Shown piece by piece: positions 1 through 12,000 of a DNA stretch of 43,756 nucleotides. The stretch lies in contig JAFWFT010000016.1 of the NCBI GenBank assembly GCA_017515505.1, positions 1 through 43,756 on the forward strand. Direction: 5' to 3'. The notes below the pieces were generated by a model. It was not told the origin of the DNA, searched no databases, and saw only the letters and a list, made by a program, of their open reading frames with translations. The position numbers were made by a program, and so were the translations under genes. Numbering within the stretch: position 1 is the first letter of the stretch; each line of letters starts with the position of its first letter. This stretch comes from Solobacterium sp. GTDB lineage: Bacteria > Bacillota_I > Bacilli_A > Erysipelotrichales > Erysipelotrichaceae.

Positions 1-3000
1 CAAAATGATTATGATGCTAATGCTAGTGCATGGTCTGGTACTTGGACAAGAGCATCTTCTACTGCATCCACACCTAATAATGCACTACTACTAACACAAG
101 AAGATAATGATACTTCTAGTACATTTAATAATGAAACAAAACCAGTTCTTGGGTTTAAATCAGCACTATCTAAGTTAGGTTTACTAACGACAGTAGAGGC
201 TGCTGAAGGGGATATCTATAGTAATGGTGCTGCGCAAGGTACATTCAATGGCATGAGTTGGAAGATAGTTGAATTAGCTGATGGGACTAATCAGTTACAA
301 CTAGGTCAAGCAGGAAGTACGCAAACGTTAACTACCACAACCGGTCAAACAAATGCTTCATATTGGCCATGGAATAGTTATATAGAAGTTATCCAATCTG
401 CTAAAGTTGTTGGGCCTGTTATTGTTTACAACAGTACTGAATATATGTTTACGTTGCCTAACGCAACAAGTGTAGATATTAGCAACTTACAAACAACAAA
501 CGTTACAAACATGCACGGAATGTTCTACGAGTGTGGTTCAACAAGTGGAGCAACAACAATCATAGGATTAAATTCGTTAAATACTTCTAATACGGAAAAG
601 CTGGACAGTATGTTTATGTATTGTAAGGCAACGTCGCTGGATTTAAGTAGTTTTAACACCTCCAACGTAACGACTATGTCTGGCATGTTCTATAATTCAG
701 CAGCCACATCCTTAGATTTAAGCAGTTTTGACACATCTAAAGTTACGACTATGTATAGCATGTTCTACAACACTGCAGCCACAACAATAACTGGATTAAA
801 TAGATTTAGTACCTCAAATGTTATAAACATGTCTCACATGTTCTATGGCGCCAATGCAACTAATCTAGATGTGAGCAGTTTTAAAACTTCAAATGTTACA
901 AATATGGAAGGAATGTTTGGTCAAACTGCAGCTACAACGATAACAGGATTAAATACATTTGATACCTCGAATGTAACAAAAATGAAATCTATGTTTATTA
1001 ATTCTTCTGCCACATCTTTAGATCTTAGAGGTTTTAAAACGGCAAACGCAGAAGTACAAGGGATGTTCACCCAAATAAAAGCTAATTCAATCACAATTGA
1101 CGCAGATTTTAGTTTTAAAGGAAATGGAGGATATTCTGGTGTATGGGCGTATTTGGGCAGTGGTGATGCAAAGTGGATAAATAGATCAAAAGGGTTGATT
1201 AAGAGTGGTTTAGATTTTAGAGATTACTATGATGCTAATGCTAGTGCATGGTCTGGTACATGGGAGAGACTCTACCAGATAGCTGTATATGATTCTAGTG
1301 ATAAATCACTAAAGTTCTATAGTGGAACGAATGCTATAAATGTTGAAGCAAATCTAACTTCTACACAGACAAAATATGGACCACTAGCCGTTGATGCTAC
1401 ATATGGTTCCTATACTAATGTTCCTTGGTATGCAAAAAGAACTGACATACAATCTGTCACTTTTGTTGATGATATTTATACAAATAGTGCAGCATATTGG
1501 TTCTATTATAATACTGCACAAACTTATAGTGGTTTTGACAAATTAAAGGGTGTTACGAACATGAGTTGCATGTTCCAAGGCTCTAAAGCCACATCCCTAA
1601 ATCTAAGTAACTTTGATACCTCCAAGGTTACAACCATGTATGGCATGTTCGTTGATTCTGTCGTCTCTACCTTAGATTTAAGTAGTTTTAATACCTCAAA
1701 TGTTACAGACATGGCCCATATGTTCCAAGGCTCTAAAGCCACAAGTTTAGATTTAAGTAATTTTAATACTTCAAGAGTTGGAAACGCGGCTCAAATGTTC
1801 CATGATTCTGCTGCCAGATCTGTTACAATTGGCCCTAACTTTAAATTTAATAGTCAAATGTTATTCCCTGATGAAGGTTTTTATGGGGCGGAAAGTTTAT
1901 GGACGAATTCATCAAAATCATTGGCTAAGACAAACATAGAACTAAGAGATAACTACAATGCTAATGCCAACGAATGGTCGGGCACATGGGTAATGGAAGG
2001 CGCAATAGCTGTATTCAAACCTGAAACAGGGGCATTGGAGTTTTATTCGCTTGATAAGGAAACTCAACTACGAAACGAGGCAGGCATTAATGGTTGGTCA
2101 GTTTATAGAGTTCCTTTAAATGGTCCTGATGATATGAGGCTTCAACCTTCAGGTGATTATAAAACCTGTGTACCTTATTATGCTCATTCTCCTTATATAA
2201 AATCAGTCTCATTCAAAGATCGTATATCTCCAATTAGAATGGATTATTGGTTTGCTGGTTTAGGATCTAATAAAATATTACTAGAGATTAATAGTAGTTC
2301 TGGTCCTATTAGTGCCAACGAAGTTTCTTTTGATCTTGCTAAACTTGATACAAGTAATGTATATTCAATGTTTAATACTTTTAGTTATTTATTAACCGAT
2401 GATTTAGATTTAAGTGGTTTTGATACCTCTGAAGTTTGGAGTATGCGTGAAATGTTCGCTAATAGCCAAGCAACATCAATTAGCTTCCCACAAAACTTTG
2501 GTTCAGATACTAGGATTATGTATGGCATGTTCCAAAGCTTTACTACCACAACCTTAGATTTAAGGAGTCTTGATACTTCAAATGTTATATACATGAGCAA
2601 CATGTTCCAATACTCTAAAGCCACCACACTAGACTTAAGTTCATTTGATACATCTAATGTTACAAACATGTCTAACATGTTCGATGGCTCTGCTGCTACA
2701 TCGATAACTCTTGGCCCTAACTTTAAATTCAGCAATAACTTTATAACAGATAATAACTATAAAGCCCTATTTACCACTCCTTCTGGTAACCAATACACAG
2801 GTAAGTGGATAAAGATGGATGGACTTGCTGGTCCATATACTCCTGTTGAATTAAGAGATAATTATGATGGTTCAAATCCTGATCATAGAGGCGCTTGGGT
2901 ATGGCAACTAAAACCTCCATATACCATTGTATTCAATCCTGGTGAACACGGTACTGGAAGTATGGCGAATGAACAAGCCAGTCCAGATGAGGATTATGCG

Positions 3001-6000
3001 ATTCCTAGAAATAGTTTTGTTTCTGAACCAGCATATCGTTTTGCTGGATGGAAAGATAATAAGGGTAATGTATATGAGTTATCTAATTTAGTGATTCCTG
3101 CAAATCGATTTGAAAGTGATGAAACGGTTACCTTAACTGCACAATGGGAAGATAGGAATAATGTCATTAAACGTGGCGAAGGTGAGTATGATATATACTT
3201 AAGAAACAACGAAAACGTTACATTCAAAGATATTCCTGCTGGTACTGCTTATCAGATTTGGGAAGAAACACCTAGTGGATGGGTATTAGTTAAGACAGAT
3301 ATTTACGAAGTAGATACGAATCATAATTACGATTATGAGGGATTAACTCCTAAATCAGGCACATCTGGTATTATTCAACCTACAAAGCGTCATGATGCAC
3401 AATTCACAAATGAATATGATCCATCAAAAACAAGAGTACAATTCAATGGTACGAAGACGTTAGATAACCAATTTGCAAAAGAAGATAGTTTTGAATTTGA
3501 ATTATATGAAGTAACTGGAACCAACACGGAAACATTCATTGAGAAAGTTGCGGTAAGTGAAGGTGGTTTGTTCACATTTAGTGCTATTGAATATCTACCT
3601 AGAGATATTGGCCAACACAGATATCGTGTTAAGGAGGCCGTTGGTAATGATAATCGTATTAATTATGATACGCATGTTGAAGAGATAACAGTTACCGTTG
3701 TTCAAAAAGATGACGATACTTTAGAAGCGATAGTTGAATATGATAATGATGGTATTGTATTTGCGAATACAACAAAGCCAGGCAAGTTGTTGATTAAAAA
3801 GACAGCTGAAGGTTTAACAGAAGACAACAAAAATGATATCTTTGCTTTCAAAGTAACATTGGCGAATGAAAATGGTATGCCACTAAGTAGTGGAGATACG
3901 ATTAAATGGAGAATTCAGGGTAGTAATCGTGCATCTCTATTTAATCGAATCGCGTCGTTCTTTACTGGCGAAGATCCAGAAGTACAAAAGGCTACGATTG
4001 AATCGGTTAATAGCGCTAAGATTGCACAAGGTGATTACGAAGGAATTCAGTGGTCATTAACAGCTGGTGGTATCTTAACACTTGATACGAATATAAATAA
4101 TGAATTATTAATAGAGGATATCTTTACATATGAAGGTTATCCATGGTTTAACTATGCCTCTAAGATTAAAGCAGTACAGTATACAGAAGTGGAAAAAGAG
4201 AATCGTACAGGGGCTATAGAAACAGAAGATAATAAACAAGCACCAAGTTTATTGATGAAGGTGAATGCTGATGAGGGCAATATTCTAGATAGTGGATCAT
4301 TTGCTGGCATTGATTGGCGCATTATTGAATTAGCTGATGGAACAAACCAATTACAAATTGGAAATCCAGACGGTGTGACACAACAAACCATCTCTGGTGC
4401 AAATGATCGTAGAGACATGTGGCCATGGCGAATGATGTATGATCAAATTGATTCGATTAAAGTTGTGGGACCAGTTAATACGGTTAATAACGCAAACATA
4501 AGAGGTCTATTTGGAATGCGTCACGATGCGAATCCAGCACCACCTGTATCTAAAGTTAAGACAATCGATGTGACTTTATTAGATGTAACAAACGTAGCTA
4601 ATATTGGTGATATGTTTAGAAATCATCCGGCTTTAACGGAAATTATTGGGTATGAGAATTGGAACACAAGCAAAGTGACGGATGCGTCTGCAGCATTCCA
4701 AGATACACCAAATCTAACAGAAATTAACATATCGAATTGGGATATGAGAGTTGTAAGACAAAGTTGGCAAATGTTCATGGGGGCTGGCCAAGAGAGTGGA
4801 ATTACAATCACATTTGGACAGAATTGTACTTTTGAAACGGTAACAAACATGAATAGAATGTTCCAAAACTGTGGGGCTTCCGAGTTGGATTTACAATACT
4901 TCTCTATGCAAAGCGTTACGAATTCACAACTCGCAAACTTTTTCTATAATATGAATAATTTAAAGAGAGTTCGCTTAAGTGAAGGAATGTGGCGTAATAG
5001 CAATAACAATCCTAGAAATCACTTGTCTGGGCATTTGCCAGTATCTAAATATGACACATGGAAAATGGAAAGTGATCCAACTGTGGTCTTAACTTCAGAT
5101 TATATCATGAGAAACTATACTATTAACTATCATGCGTGGGGTAACCAATGGTGGAAATGGGTTGGTGTTATAGCTATTTATGATTCAAGCGACGGAAGTT
5201 TGAAGTTCTATGATAGTGAAAGTTCTAATGTACCAGATACGCTAACCTCTACACAGACTTTATATAACGCAAGAATGTCGGGTGAATATGGATTTAGTGT
5301 AAATAGTTTACCGGGATGGCATGAACATGCATCAGACATTAAATCTGTAAGTTTTGTGGACCATATTAAACCGATAAACATGGATTTCATGTTTGCGGAT
5401 TTCAGCAATCCTGAATTAACCTTTGACTTTACGAATTTAGATACAAGCGAATTGAATTATATGAGGGGCACCTTCTATGGTCTAACGCAAAATTCGTTTA
5501 CTTTTGACTTGCCTACACCAAGACTTAATAGTTTGGCTAATACATTCCAAAATGCACGTATTACAAACTTGGATTTTGGTAATCACTTTAACACAAGTAA
5601 TGTTACGAATATGGAATCCACTTTCCATGGGGCTAAAATTTTAAATCTGGATTTATCGAAATGGAATACAAGTAATGTTACAAATATGCATTTAATGTTC
5701 AATGGATTTGAAGGTCCAAAACTAGACATTAGTGCATTTAACACATCAAAAGTTACTACTGTGGAAGGAATGCTTGCTGATTTACAGGTTGAACGTTTAG
5801 TGCTTGGTAATTTTAAAACAAAACAAGGGATTAATAATACATCTTTTATGGATTCATCGAATATACTAGTAATAGAAATTGGACCAGAAGCTGATTTAAC
5901 ATATTTATTTGAGGAATCACATTTCGGTGGTACTTATGCTGGGCAAGAGAGTAAATGGGTATCACAAAAACATCCTGAAATTGGAAATGTAAAGGGATAT

Positions 6001-9000
6001 AATAGTACCGGATCTCAAAGTGGGACCATGCTAGGTTACTTAAAAGAAGATATCGCTACTTATCATGGCTTATGGTATAAATCATATTTTGTTAAGCCAA
6101 AGGCAATCTATGATTCTCGTGATAAGAGTTTGAAGTTCTATAGTGGATTAGCTGCTTTAGAACTTGATCTTGATCCAAACTATCAAACAGAATATGAAAT
6201 CAATGATACACAACATGGTGGCTATCCAACGCCAAATGAAATTCCGTGGTTTAGTATTCGTGAGAATGTTCGTTATGTTGAAATTGTTGATGAGATTCAT
6301 ATTTTTGAAACAGATCACTGGTTCTATGGGTTTAAAGATGTTGAATTCAAGAACATGTCTAATATTAAATATACCCTTTATAATCCGGGTTCTGCTACAG
6401 GGCATTCATCGCATAATGTTGAATCAATGTTTGAGGGTGTTGTAGCAGATACCGTTGATTTATCTGGATTGGTTACATATGAAAATGCTCCAGAAGTTTA
6501 TATCAACATGTTTAAAAACGCAAAGATTCGCGTTCTAGATATTTCGGATTTCAACCTACATAACGCAATTGTTAATGATTTCTTTGCGAACGCAGAAATT
6601 AAAGAAATTATACTTGGCGAGAATACGACGTTTAAAGATGCGTATGTTGCATCTGCAGGCCCTAATTTCTCTGATAATCCGTTCCAATTACCGACTCCAT
6701 CAACTGAAGGAACATATACAGGATTGTGGGTTAAGGAAGATGGCACAAAAGGACCATTAACGCCAGAAGAAATAGCTGCTGGTTATGATGGTAGTGATCC
6801 TGCCTGGAGAGGTAAATGGATTTGGGATGGCGAACCAAGCTACTTTACATTAAGTTTTAATGGGAATGGTGGTGTAAGTACGCAATCGCCTGTTCGTATT
6901 ACTGCTTTAGATAATACATATATCACGATCCCGGATGGAAGTCAGGTTTATCGTATTAAACATAACTTCTTAGGTTGGAATACAGAGCCTGATGGAAGTG
7001 GCGAAGAATATGTGGTTGGTCAAACCTATAACTTTGCGGATAAGATTGGGCAAAAAATGGTTCTTTATGCGCAATGGGAAAGAAGTGAATATAGCGATTA
7101 TCGTGTAGAGCATTATCAACAAAACACATCCCTAAGTGACTATACTCTAGTTGAAACAGAAACCATTTATGGTGAAGATTCGCATCTAGGTGGTGGAGAT
7201 AGTGTTACTCCAGCTGTTAAGAATTATCCTGGCTTCATTAGTCCTACACCAATAACAGAGATTGTGAAGGATGATGGATCTTTACTGGTTAGATACTATT
7301 ATGATCGAATGATCTATACGATTGCCTATGATGGTAATAATGCATCGAGTGGATCGATGGCAAGTCAAACATATATCGCAGGCACAAATATCACAATTAG
7401 TGATAATAAAGAAAATAATAATGATGTATTTAAGAAGTATAGAAATGTCTTTAATGGATGGAATACAGAACCAGATGGTAGTGGAACACCATTTGCGGCT
7501 GGTTTCTATGGAGACATTCATCCAAGTTTATTTAATAGTAATAATCGTTTAACTTTATATGCACAATGGACAGATATAAGTGGTGGGCAAGTAAGTCCTA
7601 CGGAAGGTGTTGTCTATGTTTATGCAATGGCTGGAGAAACGATAGAGATTTTGGATTTACCAGCGGGTACAACATATACAATTGAAGAAATTGATTTACC
7701 AAATGGTTGGATTCTTGATTCTAAGTCTGGTGAAGTTGGGACAATTGCTTCTAATACTACTTCTGAATCTAGCTTTAAGAATAAATATTCTGCAACCGGG
7801 GAAGGAATTATTGAACTTCATAAGCGTTTTGTAGGTGATACGTTAAAAGAAGATCAATTCAGCTTTAAGATATTTGAAAATGATGTTGAATTAGATATTC
7901 AAAATAATGGTGCTTTAGATACCAATGAAGAAATTGCAGGTTTAAATGGTAATAATGAGGCGAATCCTTGGTATATGACAGGACCAGTCGAGTTTAGAAT
8001 TCATTACACAATGGAAGATATTGGTGTACATACTTATAAAGTTGTGGAATATGTAGAAAATCCAGATGAACAAATCGAATATGATACACATGAAGAAACG
8101 GTTGTTGTAACGGTTAAGGATAGTGGAGATGGTACATTACTAACAGATGTTGTTTATCAAGGTGATGCGCTATTTGTGAATGAAATGAAGAAAGGATCTT
8201 TGAAACTTACAAAGACTATCTTAAATGCGACCGAAACAGCAAAACAGGTTGAACATGAATTCACTATTAATATAAAGGATGCGCAAGGGAATGTTTTAAG
8301 GGATGCATATCCAGCAACCATCTATCATAATACAATGAGTGAAAATGAAGATGTTGAGCGTTATGAAGAGGAAATTAAGGCAATCGCTCATACCACAAAC
8401 ATTAGTGGCGGTTATTCCTTTGATAACTATACTTACGCAGATTATCAAATGGTATTAGACGAAAATGATAGCACATTATTTGAAGTCGACAAGACGACAA
8501 CACCATATAGAATCAATATCTCTTCAACATCATTAGGAATGTCACGTGCTGATTTATTAAGAGATATGCATATTAGTGGCTACTACGATGATACAACCGA
8601 TATCTTTGGTAAAGAGACAACGCTAGGTGTAGTCAATGTGACAACAGCAGCGAACATTACAACGAAAGAATTTATTGAAAATGCAACATTGAAGGTTGAA
8701 TATGACCTAGATGGTGGTGACCGCTTGTTTATCTACTTGCCAGATGGCACAAGTGTTGTCTTAGGTGTAACGAACACAAGTGGAGTCTTTGAAACAACAA
8801 TAGATGAAGGAAATGTTGTACATTTTGATCTTGACTATGGTATTGATCCACGTACACATGATAAGAAGGGTTTCTATGCAGAATTAACAGCGACACAGAT
8901 TGCGGAAACCATCACGCGTACAAGTACTGCAACAACAACGGAAGAGACCATCACACTTGATAGCGACCGTAAAGTTAAGCTCAAGGGTGGGGATTATGTG

Positions 9001-12000
9001 GTTGTAGAAGGATTACCAAATGGTGCAACTTATGAAATCGAAGAAACGCCAACAGTAGGTTGGGAATTAACGGGTACAGTTCAACCAAATGGAACCATCG
9101 TAGCTGCATCTTTAAAAGAAGCAGAATTCACAAATACATATGGTTCAATTGGACAAGTAGAGATTCCTGTTCGTAAGCTATTTAATGGTGGCGACTTAAG
9201 TGAAGAACAATTCCGCTTTGATTTATATGACAATCAATATAATGTTGTGGATGTTGTCTATACAGATGATAAAGGGAACGCTTCCTTCTTAATCTTCTAT
9301 GATCAAAATGATGATGGAAAGACTTTCGAATATCAAATCAAAGAGTTTATTCCTGATGAGAATCATAGTCAAATCATTTATGATAAGCATATTGAAAGAT
9401 TTAAAGTAACGGTTAAAGATAACGGAACCGGTGAGCTTGTCGCAACGGTTGATTATGACGATGATGGCGTACTATTTGAGAATACCTTCGATGGTTATGA
9501 TTTAGTTGTGCAAAAGGATATATCTGGAGAAATTAAGTCAGATGAAGAATATGAATTTGAAATCACTCTATATGATAGTGAAGGAGTTGATTTAACAGAT
9601 GCAGATGCAGTGAATGCATATATTGAGCAAATCAAGACAAATCCAAGTGGCCTTCTGAAATATACAGGCAAAGTTGGTGTTGGCGATGTTGAATATTTAA
9701 TCTCGATTAAGACAGGTGAAACCATCAATACAACGAATCGTGACTTAACCCATGAAGTTAATTCTACTGTTAACCATGTTGATATCGTGGATGGTGTAGG
9801 TAGATTCACACTCAAGGGTGGTGAAAGTATCATTTTACAAGAATTCAAAGATCAAGTATTCTATCAAATTCGTGAAGTAAATGGCGATACAACGACAACA
9901 GACGCCTTCAATGAAATCGGTTTAATTAATCAAACAATCGATTACACATCACTTGGCCCAATTGATGTACGCTTCGCGGAATCTTTGAATGACAGTATGA
10001 ATGCACCTTCATATAAAGAGATAGAAGCAAGTCGACTAGTTAATGTTCTATACCTCGATATGGTTACGGCGGTTGGCCCACAAGCAGAATCCATTAAGAT
10101 GATTGCTCAATTGAGTGATGTGATGGAACCGTTTAATGTAAGTGACTTGGCGAACTACACACGTGTATATGTTGCGGGAAGCGATGCGATTTCTGCTTCG
10201 GCATATACCACATCCTATGATCGTGATAAGAACCAAATCATTGTTGAAATTCCAATCACAGATAACATAATGAACTATATGAATAAAGCAGGTCGTGAAA
10301 ATGGATTAGTCGACATTGAGAAATCGAATAGTAACCACCGTGGCTTAGCACATAATGTTGAGGTTGTAACAGCGGTTAAGTTTGTGAATCATCCTAACTT
10401 AGATGCTTATACAGAATATGACGAAGACAATAATGTCATTGTCAAAGTTCCAGTATCTTCTAGCTATGAGTTAACGATGCATGAGATGGCAAATAACGAA
10501 AATAAGGTTATTCAAACTCGTGAAAGTTTTGATAGCTATGTGGTTGTGAAAGATGCTGAAAATGTACATTACACAGCGAAGCTAGAAAAGTGGATTAGTG
10601 ATATTGGAATAGATAGCGATGTGCTTGATCTAGAAAGCTTCGTTGATAATAAATCATTCACCTATCATTTAAAGACATATGTTCCTGATAAAGCTACAAG
10701 TTTCAGAATTGTTGATGATCTAAGTGGAATGCCAGGCATTAGCCTAGATTCTACAAATTATGAAGCTACGGTAGATGGTAATGAGAATATTCTAGATATT
10801 TCAATAACAAATAATAGCGTAATCGCAACTCTCAGTGAAGAACAATTAAAACGCTATGCGGGAACAGTGGTTGAGATTAAAGTAGGCGCAAGCTTAACGG
10901 GAACCTTTGATGCAACAACCAATGATTATGCGCAAATGAAGGGCGTTGATGGTCGTTATCGTCTTGTCAATCAAGCACAATATGAGACAACCATTAATGG
11001 TCAATTAGTCACAAGAAAATCCAATCAAGCAATGATTGTTTGGAACCGTGATGATGATTCAGATGTTGTACGTTTCCATAATTTCCGTAAAGAAAAAGAT
11101 CATGTAAATCTACGTATCTTAAAGACTAACGAAGATGGTTCAAGAGGCTTAGAGAATGCGGAATTTACATTAGATAAGATAGTGTCTGCTGTGAATAATC
11201 CATCTGGATTTGGTATGAATAATGGCGTACCAATGATTGATGAAAACTTTGCTCAAAAGAGATTTACAACATTAAGTAATGGGGCAAGGGTATTACAAGT
11301 CAGTGAACCAGGTTGGTATATGCTAAGCGAAATTGCCGCACCGGTCGGTTATCAAATGAATGAGGGAAAATACTATATCTATCTAGAAAACGATGATGAA
11401 GCAAGTATTCATGTTTACTATGATGATTACACAGATACACAACCTCGGACATATGAAGAAATCCGTGCAAACTTCAAAGAACTTACAAGAACAAATGATA
11501 ATACAATGCCAGCCTTCATCTATGATGCAAGTGTTGATCCTAATTACAGTAGTGAAAATGATGATGCATTAAAGGGTAAGGTGTGGTATGCGATTAAGAA
11601 TAAAGCGACTACCCAACTCATCGTTCAAAAGGATGTTCATGGATTTAGTGAAAACTTAGAATTCAACTTCCGTATGGGACTCTATGATGATGGTGGTAAT
11701 TTAATCACGGACGCAGCTACATTAAGTGCTTATAACGAACTCATAAGTGTTGATATTCGTGATGAAAATGGTGAATTACTATTCAATGCGAATTATCCGG
11801 TTACATATAAGCGTAGTGGTGATTATCGTTACATCTTTGATGGCATGAATTACTATAAGTCATCTATCCGTGGTGGAGCGTGGAGTAAAGTTAGTGATGT
11901 CGATGAATTAAATACAGTAGCCGCTAACTATAACTCTTATCCTGACATGGCTAAAGAAGAATTCTTTGGAAGTGATGGGTATCATACCTTCATTATTGAA

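Noticed and set aside
253-255. ATG at 253 as the start of the giant protein
   Set aside because: The frame is open to base 1, repeats an internal cassette-end motif, and has no RBS or signal peptide at 253.
460-2760. Periodic 75-81 bp repeats as a CRISPR array or DGR template/variable repeats
   Set aside because: They are degenerate in-frame LRR codons with no constant repeat-spacer structure. I saw no adenine-specific mismatch pattern, and there is no cas or reverse transcriptase gene in the window.
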